The notes beneath the pieces were generated by a model. The model ran no database searches and was not told the origin of the DNA. It worked only from the letters and a program-made list of their open reading frames with translations. A DNA stretch of 62,880 nucleotides, filler included. It is 3 parts of 3 records of this genome, joined end to end, with 100 filler letters (N's around TTAATTAATTAA, not from the genome) between each part and the next. Parts side by side here need not be neighbours in the genome. Positions count along the whole stretch, not along the records: positions 1 to 20,577 come from SRR20825006_255; positions 20,678 to 40,229 come from SRR20825006_256; 1 more part is not named here. The stretch is one strand, 5' to 3'. The first letter of the stretch is position 1. The number at the start of each line of letters is the position of its first letter. The position numbers and the translations under genes are program-made. This document shows, piece by piece, positions 10,971 to 20,758 of the stretch.

Positions 10971-10984
10971 TTGACGGTCGTCAA
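10971..10984. promoter_or_regulatory. FNR/NnrR-type box with no adjacent protein-coding target
   Basis: TTGAC-GGTC-GTCAA between the convergent 3' ends of ubiV and nosX. Confidence 0.75.
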
Positions 10985-11018
10985 TCAGGACTGCCTTTGC
11001 GGGTTTCCTGCTTTTGGA

Positions 11019-12008
11019 TCACACATCAATTTCTATTTCCTGCGCCTCGCCCAAAGGCACAAGAAGGATTTTTCGAACCGGCAGATGACGCGCTGCATGC
11101 CGTATTTCGGTTTCACGCATCATCGAAAACGCAGTTGAAAACGCATCGGCATCCGTTGCGGTATCTGCAAAGACACTCACCCTTTCCCACAAGGCGGGTG
11201 AATGTCCGCTGCGCGGGTCGATCAGATGGGTATAATTCCCGTTCAAACTGAACCTGAATCCCGAACCTGACGACGTTGCCAATGCACCATCATATATCCT
11301 GATTCCACTGGACGACTGCGCATCGTTCCCGCCAAATATTACCGGCCATCCCGTACCGTCTATTCTGGGGCCAATCGCGTATTTTTCGCCAAGGTCAACC
11401 AGCACATTCTTCATGCCGTTTCGCCGGAAAACCCCCGCGACACGGTCGGTGATATAACCCTGTGCCATACCATTCAGCGTGACCTGCATGCCCTGTTGCG
11501 CAAAGGAAACCCGGTTCGGTTCAATCCGGATTGCCTCATATCCGATCAAGGATTTCAGCCTCCCGATTTCTGCATGAACGGCACCTTCATCAGTGATAGC
11601 GATCTGCTGCGACAGTTCTGTTAGCCGCGCCCAAACGGTCTGGATCGTCGGATCGAATGCGCCATCGGTATGTCTGGAAATCATGGCCGCGCGCGACATC
11701 AGTTCAACAAATTCCTGTTCGGGGTTTTCGACAAATCCATCGCGATTCAAGCGCGAAATTGTCGCATCCGGTCGATACAGACTGAACATGTTTTCCAGTC
11801 GTTCGATTTCGGAAAGTGCCGACGAAATCATTTCATCGGCCTGATATTGCGAAAGGCCGTCCAGATAGATTGCAGCCTCCGCACCAAGGGCGGTTCCCTG
11901 CCAACGGTGCAGCTTATCTGGCGCGGCAAAGGCCTTGGGGGATACCAAGGCGATCGATGCCGCACTGGCAAACAGGGTGATAAAGCGACGACGGTTCAAG
12001 TCTGTCAT
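11019..12008 (-). CDS. nosX: NosX, ApbE-family FAD:protein FMN transferase
   Basis: Tat signal NRRRFI, FDPTIQ, LNGMAQGYITD, ALATSS, HLIDPRSG, ADAFSTA. Confidence 0.9.
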   Translation of the reverse strand: MTDLNRRRFITLFASAASIALVSPKAFAAPDKLHRWQGTALGAEAAIYLDGLSQYQADEMISSALSEIERLENMFSLYRPDATISRLNRDGFVENPEQEFVELMSRAAMISRHTDGAFDPTIQTVWARLTELSQQIAITDEGAVHAEIGRLKSLIGYEAIRIEPNRVSFAQQGMQVTLNGMAQGYITDRVAGVFRRNGMKNVLVDLGEKYAIGPRIDGTGWPVIFGGNDAQSSSGIRIYDGALATSSGSGFRFSLNGNYTHLIDPRSGHSPALWERVSVFADTATDADAFSTAFSMMRETEIRHAARHLPVRKILLVPLGEAQEIEIDV

Positions 12009-12520
12009 GACGCACCTCCATCCGAAGGTCCAAGATCAAAAACGTAGTCATCAGGGATGTCTTTGTAGTCGACAATCCGCCCCCCATGCGCGGTTACGAA
12101 TGACTGGGCTGCGGCAAGGGTCCCGAATGGCACGGCTTCGCCAATTCCCATGCCGCTTGTCATGTCACTGCCGATCACGAAATGTGCGCTATCAATGGCC
12201 ACCCAATTTGGCGGCGGGGATTGCCAGTCGGCATAACCGGTCATGTCATTTACGTAAATGACCGCCACGTCACGGGCTTCACCGGGCATAAGCGTAAACG
12301 CAATCGCGTCACGTACCGACGGGAACCATAAAATTTCGCCATTCGATTTACGGTGCAGCTGGGCCTTTGGCCCCGGATGATCGGCAACAATCATGCCGCA
12401 GAAAAAGCCAGAAACATCGCGTGTCAGATCCTGTGGACCGGGCCGTGCGACAATCTCCTGCTCGCGACATCCCGCAAGCAGGATCGCCCCGAGAATGGCA
12501 ACCGGTAAAATGGCTTTCAT
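12005..12520 (-). CDS. nosL: NosL copper-chaperone lipoprotein
   Basis: Lipobox LLAGC, CGMIVADHPGPKAQ, GMG..AVPF. ATG at 12520 overlaps the nosY stop. Confidence 0.9.
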   Translation of the reverse strand: MKAILPVAILGAILLAGCREQEIVARPGPQDLTRDVSGFFCGMIVADHPGPKAQLHRKSNGEILWFPSVRDAIAFTLMPGEARDVAVIYVNDMTGYADWQSPPPNWVAIDSAHFVIGSDMTSGMGIGEAVPFGTLAAAQSFVTAHGGRIVDYKDIPDDYVFDLGPSDGGAS

Positions 12521-13341
12521 AACTGCTTCCTCCGAAACAGCACCACTGCCAGTATCAGCGGAACAACAACCCACATGCCGAGCGAGAGCGCGGGTGCGAA
12601 ACCGTTACCGATACCTTCAAGGTCCGATATCACCAGCCCGGCCGCAACCCGGACATCCTCAAAACCCGAAAGATTGATCATGCGAAATGCATCAGCCGGA
12701 TTGACAGTCAGAAGCATATCGAAAACCGGTGCGCTTATGCCTTCACCGCCATCGGCAACCAACGCCCCCAAAAGCGCCATGTCATAAACGATCACCAGAC
12801 AAAGCCACACACCAAACGCCAGAGCCGCCGCGGCGCTCCGTTGACGGGGCATGGCACTGATGGCCAATCCAAGTGCGACAAAAGCCGCCCCCAGCACAAC
12901 CGAACTCCCTATTAGAACGCCAAAGGCCATCCAGTTGGCGCTTTCAATCCCCCCGTTAACAAGGACAAGTGCCGCTGATCCGAAACCAAGAATAGTTGCC
13001 AATCCAAGGCCCAGCGTCTGGCCCAGAAACTTTCCGATAATGATGTCGGATCGAGACAGCGGATAGGTCAGCAACAAAAGCATTGTCCCGCGTTCAACCT
13101 CGCCCACCAGCGCGTCATAGGACAGCAACAACGCCATCAATGGCAGCAAAAAGACCGAAAGGCTGGCCAGACTGACGATCGTAACAGCCAGTTGATCGAC
13201 GCCAACGGTGCCCGCCGGCGCACTTCCCAGAAAAGTAAGGCTAAGCGAAAACAGGACCAGCGCCGCGGTCGCGCCCAAAAACCAGCGATTGCGAATTCCG
13301 TCCCGAAATTCCTTGATTGCAATGATGACAAGTTCTCTCAT
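12517..13341 (-). CDS. nosY: NosY ABC transporter permease
   Basis: KEFRDGIRNRW, GEVERGTMLLLLTYP; multiple TM helices. Confidence 0.92.
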   Translation of the reverse strand: MRELVIIAIKEFRDGIRNRWFLGATAALVLFSLSLTFLGSAPAGTVGVDQLAVTIVSLASLSVFLLPLMALLLSYDALVGEVERGTMLLLLTYPLSRSDIIIGKFLGQTLGLGLATILGFGSAALVLVNGGIESANWMAFGVLIGSSVVLGAAFVALGLAISAMPRQRSAAAALAFGVWLCLVIVYDMALLGALVADGGEGISAPVFDMLLTVNPADAFRMINLSGFEDVRVAAGLVISDLEGIGNGFAPALSLGMWVVVPLILAVVLFRRKQL

Positions 13342-14267
13342 GACGCCACACTTTCTTTCTGGAAATGCATGTAGAGATCGCCAAGCGACGGCAACCTGAT
13401 GTCAACGTCGTCAAGCTCCGGCACGGTGGCCGACAGATGCCGCAATACGTCAATCTTGCGTTCAGATGGCAATGTCAGATCAAGACCGTGATCGTTGATC
13501 CGCTCGCAGCCGATCCCATCGGGAATTTTTTCAGCACAGGCGGCCCCCATTCCCGGTCTGGTGATCAGACGGATATGCACCGGCAGATTGGCCCGCCTGC
13601 GCAGATCATCGATGGTTCCCGATGCAATCAGTTGGCCCTTTCGCATGATCGCAATTTTACGGGTATGGGCTTCAAGCTCCGTCAGCGCGTGCGAAGACAG
13701 AATGACCGTCACACCGCTGTCTTCAAGTTCGCGCACGATGTCATAAAAGGCGTTGCGCAATTCAGGATCAAGGCCGGTCGTGGGCTCGTCGAGCATCAAT
13801 ATCCGCGGATTGCCCAGCAATGCCTGCGCAAGACCAAGACGCTGACGCATCCCTTTGGAATAATGCCCAACCCGCTTATGTGCGGCTTCGGCAAGCCCGA
13901 CACGTTCAAGGATCCGTGCGCAGTCAGACACGGGATGGCGTTTCAAGCGGGCAAAGAAAGCCAGCGTCTCCGCACCGCTCATGCTGTTATAAAACGCGAT
14001 ATTTTCCGGAAGATATCCAAGAAATGCATGCGCGTTCTTTACGCGATGGCGGGATGTGCTCTCCTCACCAAGAATGCGGATATTTCCCTTGTCAGGACGC
14101 ATGAGACCAAGGATCAGCTTGATAAGTGTCGTTTTACCAGCGCCATTATGGCCAAGTAACGCAACACTCTCGCCTGTGCCAATTTCCAATGACAGATCGT
14201 TGACAGCGTTTTGCTGATCGAACGTCTTGGTCACTTTTTCAAGCAGAATTGCAGGATCATTCGGCAT
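13338..14267 (-). CDS. nosF: NosF ABC transporter ATPase
   Basis: GHNGAGKTT, YSKGMRQR, LDEPTTGLD. ATG at 14267 follows GGAG. Confidence 0.92.
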   Translation of the reverse strand: MPNDPAILLEKVTKTFDQQNAVNDLSLEIGTGESVALLGHNGAGKTTLIKLILGLMRPDKGNIRILGEESTSRHRVKNAHAFLGYLPENIAFYNSMSGAETLAFFARLKRHPVSDCARILERVGLAEAAHKRVGHYSKGMRQRLGLAQALLGNPRILMLDEPTTGLDPELRNAFYDIVRELEDSGVTVILSSHALTELEAHTRKIAIMRKGQLIASGTIDDLRRRANLPVHIRLITRPGMGAACAEKIPDGIGCERINDHGLDLTLPSERKIDVLRHLSATVPELDDVDIRLPSLGDLYMHFQKESVAS

Positions 14268-15555
14268 GATAGCCGTCTCCTTCAAATCGGGCGATAACCG
14301 GCGGTGCCATTAGCGGATGACTGTCAATCACGCCCCCCGGATGCAGCGCCGGAAACCGGGATTGCGCCCATTTCAAAATCTGTATTGCAGGTGCATTCAG
14401 CAAAAGCTTGGCGGATGGATGGGCCCAGACGACCTGATCAAGCATGTCATTTGGCCGATAGGCCCGATCCCCAAGACCATCACCATCCAGATCGAATGCG
14501 GCATTATCGCTCCAGTAATTTCCGCGACCGTTTTCAGACCATTCAAGCCAGCGTGTACCGACATACTTGACCTGTGTCCGGTTTCCGGAAAACGCATTGC
14601 CAACAATGACATTGCGTTCCGATCCGGCGGTAAACTGCACACCGATCCCGCAGCCCTCGAACCGGTTTCCCCGAAAATCGTTCTTGTTGGAGTTATAAAT
14701 AAAAACGCACTTTTCGCCGCCGCGATCCACGACATTTCCGCCAAATTCGGACTTGTTGGCATAGTTCAGCAGAATGCCGTGGTCACGATCCCCGCGTGAC
14801 AGGTTGTTCGTCACCTTCAAACCATCCGAAAACATCAACGCATAGCCGACCGTATTGTCAAAGGAACGGTTGTCCCGGATTTCGCTGTCATGCGTATACA
14901 TGTAATGAACCGCAAAACGGACATTGCGAAATTCGTTACCGATGAACCGGTTCTGTTTGCTGGTCGTCACAAAAATACCGTCGCGGCCCTGCGATATTGC
15001 GTTCCCGATCACGACCGATCCAGGTGTATTCCAAAGCTGAACCCCATTACCACGTTCGTTTACGCGCAGATCCTGCCGGCCGACGATGATATTGTTCCGC
15101 ACGGTCGCGTTTTCCGGACCGGAAAGATAAATGCCGATCAGATTGTCACTGATCACACTGTCTTCAATGACGGCACCGTCGCCATTGGGGGTTACAAAAA
15201 TCCCGCTATCCTGTGTTGATAAATCCAGTCCCGATCCCGTCACGGTAATACCGCGAAGCATTACATCCGGCCCGTCGATGGTAATCACATTGCCGGTTCC
15301 ATTCCCGACAATCCGCACGTCATTGCCGCCTTCAAGCCTGATCGGACGATGCAGAATGATCGGCCCGGAATAATCTCCCGGGCCGAGCAGAATCCGGTCA
15401 CCGTCCTGTGCCGTGTCGACAATCTCCTGCAATCCCTTATCTGACGGGCCTGCCTCGATTTCCGACGCATGCAGCGACGAGAATGTTGCCCCCCAAACCG
15501 CCAGCGCAGATAAGGCGGTTCGAATGGCAGTCTTTGGACGGATGACCGGAAACAT
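14257..15555 (-). CDS. nosD: NosD nitrous oxide reductase maturation protein (beta-helix)
   Basis: RGNGVQLWN, RFAVHYMY, GYALMFS, GNYWSD. Confidence 0.94.
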   Translation of the reverse strand: MFPVIRPKTAIRTALSALAVWGATFSSLHASEIEAGPSDKGLQEIVDTAQDGDRILLGPGDYSGPIILHRPIRLEGGNDVRIVGNGTGNVITIDGPDVMLRGITVTGSGLDLSTQDSGIFVTPNGDGAVIEDSVISDNLIGIYLSGPENATVRNNIIVGRQDLRVNERGNGVQLWNTPGSVVIGNAISQGRDGIFVTTSKQNRFIGNEFRNVRFAVHYMYTHDSEIRDNRSFDNTVGYALMFSDGLKVTNNLSRGDRDHGILLNYANKSEFGGNVVDRGGEKCVFIYNSNKNDFRGNRFEGCGIGVQFTAGSERNVIVGNAFSGNRTQVKYVGTRWLEWSENGRGNYWSDNAAFDLDGDGLGDRAYRPNDMLDQVVWAHPSAKLLLNAPAIQILKWAQSRFPALHPGGVIDSHPLMAPPVIARFEGDGYHAE

Positions 15556-15566
15556 CGTGCTTATCC

Positions 15567-17483
15567 TTACGCCGGTTTAACCAGCATACGACCGCGCATT
15601 TCCATATGCAGCGCATGGCAGAACCACTGGCAGTAATACCAGTGCACACCGGGTCGATCGGCCTTGAAGGTCACCGATGCCGTTGCCTGCGGTGCGACTT
15701 CCATTGCCACACCATAGTTCCCGATTGTGAACCCGTGCGTCAGGTCGTCGACATCATCGATATTGGTGATGAATACGGTAACCTCGTCGCCCTGATTGAC
15801 CTCGAACTTGTCCATGCTGAACATCGGCGCGTTGGAATACATATAGACACGCACCTTGTTGCCATCCCGAATGACGATTGAATCGCCTTCAAGATCGACA
15901 CCGTCCTTTTTCGCCCAGTCGCGGGCTTCGGCAAACATCGGATCATTGCGATCCCAGAGATTGACCGGATTGACCACCGAACTATGGACGATGATGCAAT
16001 CATGCGGTTCGGCAAATGTCGGACCGTCATGAACGACCTTTGGTGCATCACCGGTAATGTCAATCAGCTGATCGTTTTCCGGCTTCAGCGGACCGACATT
16101 AAGGAACCGGTCTTTCGAGAACTTGTTAAGGGAAATAAGCCATTTGCCGTCCGCATCCTTGGTTTCACCCATGGAAGTATGGTTATGGCCCGGTTGATAA
16201 TGGACATCGACCTTGGCAAGGATCGGATTGACGTCTTCACCGTTGAACTTGCGAACCGCAGCATCGATGTTCCATTTGCACATCTGACTATCAAGGAACA
16301 GGGTGGTATAGGCGTTCCCCTGACCATCAAATGCGGTATGTAACGGACCCAATCCAACCTCGGGCTCGGCCACCACAACACCGCGCGGTTCGATCCTGTT
16401 TTCGAAGCAATCTTCAAACTTGCGTACATCCAGCACGGTAACCGTCGGGGACAGCTTGCCATTAATGACAATGTGCTTGCCATCCGGTGCCGTGTTGCAA
16501 CCATGCGGGCTGTTCGATACCGGCACATAACGGGTCAGCGGCGATCCTTTGCGGCCGTCAACGACCTTAACACCGTTGATTTCCTTGTAATTGCCATTCT
16601 TGATCGCCTGTTCGATGCGCTCGATCGAAAAAATGACCGCCCAGTCCTGCTCGCTTGCCGTCATTTCGGCAAGCGACACACCGTTTTCCGAATTGTAGCA
16701 GGTCGAAACCGCATATTTTCCCTGATAATCGGCATCACAGTTATCAAGATTACCATCGACCATTACCTGCCAGGCAACTTCCATCGTGTCGCCGTCGATC
16801 GCCGTGAAAATTGCATGATACTGCGACGGATCGTCCAGAATGCTACCGTCATTGGGAACCGGAACCCGGTGTTCACCATTGGCAAAGACATAGCCGGTGC
16901 GCGGGAATTTCTGCGGGCGCAGACCATGGATGTCCGACGCGTTCGGAATTTCGATGATCTTGTCGCATTTCATGACGTCACAACGAATGCGGGCCACACG
17001 CGTGTTCGCCTTGTCATTCACAAACAGGTATCGCCCATCATAGGTCCCATCCGTGAAGGACATATGCGGGTGGTGCAAATCCCCGTTCAGCCAGATTTCA
17101 CCCTTGTCGGCCAGATACTTTTTGGTTTCCGGCAACAGACCTTCGGTCAGGATTTTGCGGCTTTCATTCGTTTGGCCCCAACCTGTTGCGCTGCATCGGT
17201 TGAAGACCGGAATGCGCATCAGCTCGCGCATGGAGGGAACCCCCATAATGCGGACTTCGCCAGCCTGCCCACTGCTCCAGAAGCCGTAATATTCGTCAAG
17301 ATCACCTGGCAAAACCTCAACCGATCCAGCAGCCGCTTTTGCAGCCGTTGGTGCGAGGATTGAACCCGCGGCAATGCCCGCAGCACCGGTTGCACCGGCA
17401 ATTCCTGCCAATCCTGCCATCTTTGCTGTTCCGCCGAGCAAGCCGCGTCGGCTGATTTTATAGTTCTCTGTTTCATTCGACAT
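15567..17483 (-). CDS. nosZ: Nitrous oxide reductase, clade I (Tat-exported)
   Basis: Tat motif SRRGLLG, CuZ DLHHPH and EPHD, Cu[15 protein letters not shown]. Confidence 0.98.
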   Translation of the reverse strand: MSNETENYKISRRGLLGGTAKMAGLAGIAGATGAAGIAAGSILAPTAAKAAAGSVEVLPGDLDEYYGFWSSGQAGEVRIMGVPSMRELMRIPVFNRCSATGWGQTNESRKILTEGLLPETKKYLADKGEIWLNGDLHHPHMSFTDGTYDGRYLFVNDKANTRVARIRCDVMKCDKIIEIPNASDIHGLRPQKFPRTGYVFANGEHRVPVPNDGSILDDPSQYHAIFTAIDGDTMEVAWQVMVDGNLDNCDADYQGKYAVSTCYNSENGVSLAEMTASEQDWAVIFSIERIEQAIKNGNYKEINGVKVVDGRKGSPLTRYVPVSNSPHGCNTAPDGKHIVINGKLSPTVTVLDVRKFEDCFENRIEPRGVVVAEPEVGLGPLHTAFDGQGNAYTTLFLDSQMCKWNIDAAVRKFNGEDVNPILAKVDVHYQPGHNHTSMGETKDADGKWLISLNKFSKDRFLNVGPLKPENDQLIDITGDAPKVVHDGPTFAEPHDCIIVHSSVVNPVNLWDRNDPMFAEARDWAKKDGVDLEGDSIVIRDGNKVRVYMYSNAPMFSMDKFEVNQGDEVTVFITNIDDVDDLTHGFTIGNYGVAMEVAPQATASVTFKADRPGVHWYYCQWFCHALHMEMRGRMLVKPA

Positions 17484-17501
17484 AATGGAACTCCTGATAT
17501 G

Positions 17502-19841
17502 TCACAGCTGGTTAGACGCACCGTTGTTTCCGTCCGAAGACTTCGGATTGGAACAACTTGCGCTGCATCCACCGGAGCCACAGCTCGCGGACGATGGTTT
17601 CGAATGAGAAGTCGTTTCGGTTTTCGTTTGAGGTCTGGAAGTTTTTGAACCGGATTGCAGTGCCATGCGGCGTTCAAACCGGGCCAGTTTCTGGATCATG
17701 ACCGGGCAATTCTGGTCGTCGTAATACAGTTCCTGGCAATGAAGGCAGTACAGGCATTCATTCGGGTCAATGTGCCCGTCAGGATGAATGGCCTGAACCA
17801 TGCATTCGTTTGCGCACCGGTGGCAGGGCGAACCACAATCACGATACCGTTTCAGCCAGTCATTGACCCGGATCCGGCCAGGTATCGCCAAAGCCGCCCC
17901 CAGCGGGCAAAGGTAACGACAGTAAAACCGCTCGATGAAAAGCCCCGCGACCAACAGCAGAACCGCAAACAGGACGAACGGCCAATCGCGCATAAAGGAC
18001 AGAATGATAGCCGTCTTGAACGGCTCGATCTCGGCCAGATGCTCGGCCTGATCGAACGCATGGAACGAGATGCCAAACAGGACCAGAAAGGCGATATATT
18101 TGATCGGCCAAAGGCGCTGATGCAGGCCAAAGGGAACCGCGATTTGCGGAATGCGAAGCTGTTTGGCCAGCTTGTTCAAAAGTTCCTGAAGTGCGCCAAA
18201 CGGGCAAAGCCACCCGCAATATGCACCGCGTCCCCAGAATATCAGTGACGCCGCAACCGCAAACCACAGCATGAAGATCAGCGGATCCATCAGGAAATAG
18301 GACCAGTCAAAACCCGACCCGAAGGAATTGGCAACCGTCAGGACATTGACGACCGAAAGCTGTGCATTGGCATAATATCCAATCCAGACCACGGTAAAGA
18401 TCAGGAATCCAGTCCGGATCCGCTGCGTCAGTTTGCGACGGCGGACAAACCAGTCCTGGAAGAAGAACAAGCCGGTCAGAAGCAGGATTGCGCAAGACAG
18501 GATGACAATATCGACAATCCGGTTCGTCCATATCCGCTTCCAAAGCGCGTCCCGGTTTTGGGTATCGGTACCGGATTTCTGTGCACCAACCTCGTTGGCT
18601 TTTTCCGAAACATTATCCGGTGCCGCCGTCGCAACATCGATCTTGCGCAGATATTTGACCGGTGGCGCATAATCGACGCCAAATGTCGTAAAGGCCTTTT
18701 CCAAAGCGCCTAGCTGGCGCTGGACCAGAAGCTGCAAATGCCACGGCACAGTTGGATCAAACGGCACTTCTTCGGGGATAACAAAAAGGGCAACTTCCCT
18801 GAAACGCGGCGCACCCTCGGCCGCAATTTCCCCGAGGCGCTTGTGATGTTTGTCACGGAAACGGACACTGTTATCGCCCTGTATAACCTGAATACGGTCA
18901 AACACCCCACCGCGAACATAACCCGATCCCTTGAAGGAATATTCACCGTTCGCCGCAACAAGCAACGCCTGCTGGCCGGGCTTCAGAACCTTCTGAAGAT
19001 TGGCATATTCCGCATCCCCCAGCAGATTATGTCCGATCATCGGAATGGAAACGAGAGCGGTATATAGATCAATGAACGGGCCGTCGGCAGCGATCCTGGC
19101 TTGATCGTTGCCACTACCTTTACCTTGCCCTCTGTCGTCAGTTCCCTCGAAGGCCTGCGCAACATCGCCATGCGATAGCGACAGACGCCTAACCGACCCG
19201 TCGCCAAGCAATTCATCCCAGCTTGCCTGCCCGTCTTGCGACATATCGACGGCGAATTTGTCGCCCTTGCCGCCCGGCTGCGCCAACCCGCCCAGACCAA
19301 GTGTTCGGGCCACCTTGATTGCCGAGCGCCGAATTGAATCGTCAATCACCATGATGGTGACGGTGGCACCACTCACGATATCGTCAGGCAACGCATCCAG
19401 CTCTTCGCTGCGGGCATATTCGGCGATGTTAAAACCGGTATAGCCCGCGATGTAGTCCGTGATTTTGCTTTCAGGAATGCCAACCAGCACGATCGGTTCT
19501 TTGTGGGCAACCAGTCGTGCACCGGTAATAACACCCTGCATCGAGATGCCGACCAGAATGTCGATTGGTTTGCCGGAATAACCAACCGAATTGGCCCAGT
19601 CGCTATTGAGGAAAATGTAACCAAGCTGGTTACTGCCGCTATAGACGGGAACAAGATGATCTGTTGTTTGCTCCTCGCCGATATGATCGGCTCCGGGCAT
19701 GATGCTTCCGGCATCAAGCGACACGACATAATCGTCAAGCGTACCGGCAAAACTGCTCGTGAACGCAAGTCCCCAACCGATCACTGCCAGCAGAAGCAGG
19801 CGCAAACCCGATAACGAAAATGATCCGGATACAACAACCAC
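17502..19841 (-). CDS. nosR: NosR flavo-iron-sulfur membrane protein
   Basis: FMN site VSGATVT, YCGWLCPFGALQE, FYCRYLCPLGA and C-terminal ferredoxin-type cysteines; GTG start. Confidence 0.95.
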   Translation of the reverse strand: MVVVSGSFSLSGLRLLLLAVIGWGLAFTSSFAGTLDDYVVSLDAGSIMPGADHIGEEQTTDHLVPVYSGSNQLGYIFLNSDWANSVGYSGKPIDILVGISMQGVITGARLVAHKEPIVLVGIPESKITDYIAGYTGFNIAEYARSEELDALPDDIVSGATVTIMVIDDSIRRSAIKVARTLGLGGLAQPGGKGDKFAVDMSQDGQASWDELLGDGSVRRLSLSHGDVAQAFEGTDDRGQGKGSGNDQARIAADGPFIDLYTALVSIPMIGHNLLGDAEYANLQKVLKPGQQALLVAANGEYSFKGSGYVRGGVFDRIQVIQGDNSVRFRDKHHKRLGEIAAEGAPRFREVALFVIPEEVPFDPTVPWHLQLLVQRQLGALEKAFTTFGVDYAPPVKYLRKIDVATAAPDNVSEKANEVGAQKSGTDTQNRDALWKRIWTNRIVDIVILSCAILLLTGLFFFQDWFVRRRKLTQRIRTGFLIFTVVWIGYYANAQLSVVNVLTVANSFGSGFDWSYFLMDPLIFMLWFAVAASLIFWGRGAYCGWLCPFGALQELLNKLAKQLRIPQIAVPFGLHQRLWPIKYIAFLVLFGISFHAFDQAEHLAEIEPFKTAIILSFMRDWPFVLFAVLLLVAGLFIERFYCRYLCPLGAALAIPGRIRVNDWLKRYRDCGSPCHRCANECMVQAIHPDGHIDPNECLYCLHCQELYYDDQNCPVMIQKLARFERRMALQSGSKTSRPQTKTETTSHSKPSSASCGSGGCSASCSNPKSSDGNNGASNQL

Positions 19842-19920
19842 GGCACGTCCCCACCAAACTGATGCTCCATAATCTGAAAACCAGTGAGCGGGACCTTATC
19901 GGATCCGGAAACGCCTTCAC

Positions 19921-19934
19921 TTGACTCACGTCAT
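19921..19934. promoter_or_regulatory. FNR/NnrR-type box upstream of nosR
   Basis: TTGAC-TCAC-GTCAT (one mismatch) ~80 nt upstream of nosR. Confidence 0.6.
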
Positions 19935-20187
19935 GTCAAAATTGCGAAATCGCAATTGCCTGATAGCTTGTCGTTTTATCTACGCAAAAACGTCATTTTT
20001 GATGACGCTCTCTAAAATTGATGTCTTCGAAACTTCAATACCAAACGACATACGGGACGAGAACGCTCAAAATGGGCGGCACTTTCAAGTCCCGTTAAGC
20101 TCATATCATAAAGCTATATAGTCCCGAATTGTGAGCCCGCGACAAAAGGAAACTCTCGCACATTTTCACCTCCGGAATACTTCGGTA

Positions 20188-20577
20188 TTAACAAAACCGG
20201 TATCCAACCCCCGGCTCGTTTTCGATATAGGTCGGGTTCAGCGGATCATCGCCAAGTTTCTGGCGAAGGTGGCCGATATAGATACGCAGATAATGCGTTT
20301 CACTTTCCTGCGCAGGTCCCCAGATTTCGCGCAAAATCTGTTGATGGGTCACAATCCGGCCTGCGTTACGCGCCAGCAGGGTCAGGAGTGCGAACTCCTT
20401 TTTGGTGAGTTTCAATTCGTTCTCACCCTTGAAAACCCTGTGCGCGGCCAGGTCGATCTTCAGATCGCCCGAAACAATCTCGCTACTGGTCAGGCCTTCG
20501 GATTTGCGGCTGCGTAAGATAGCCCGCACCCGTGCGATCAATTCGGCAATTCCGAACGGCTTGGTCACGTAATCGTT
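20188..20577 (-). CDS. kdpE: OmpR-family response regulator, KdpE-like (5'-truncated by the contig break)
   Basis: DYVTKPFGIAEL, VTHQQILREIWGP, HYLRIYIGHLRQKLGDDP, EPGVGYRF. Confidence 0.75.
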   Translation of the reverse strand, partial: NDYVTKPFGIAELIARVRAILRSRKSEGLTSSEIVSGDLKIDLAAHRVFKGENELKLTKKEFALLTLLARNAGRIVTHQQILREIWGPAQESETHYLRIYIGHLRQKLGDDPLNPTYIENEPGVGYRFC

Positions 20578-20677
20578 NNNNNNNNNNNNNNNNNNNNNNN
20601 NNNNNNNNNNNNNNNNNNNNNTTAATTAATTAANNNNNNNNNNNNNNNNNNNNNNNNNNNNNNNNNNNNNNNNNNNN
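20578..20677. other. Artificial contig-joining spacer
   Basis: N-run containing TTAATTAATTAA (stops in all six frames); base composition changes abruptly across it. Confidence 0.97.
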
Positions 20678-20756
20678 GTTCTCGACTGCGCTCGAACTGA
20701 CATTTTTTTGACCACGCTTAGCTAATTGGGTTGTCACACCGAGCGCAGTCGAGGTG
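20678..20756. repeat. Inverted pair of REP-like elements at the contig end
   Basis: GTTCTCGACTGCGCTCGAACTGACA (20678-20702) and TGTCACACCGAGCGCAGTCGAGGTG (20732-20756) share the inverted core CTCGACTGCGCTCG / CGAGCGCAGTCGAG. Confidence 0.7.
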
Positions 20757-20758
20757 CT

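Noticed and set aside
20622-20633. TTAATTAATTAA as a biological palindrome (also 40274-40285)
   Set aside because: It is embedded in N-runs and identical at both junctions, so it is an artificial six-frame-stop linker.
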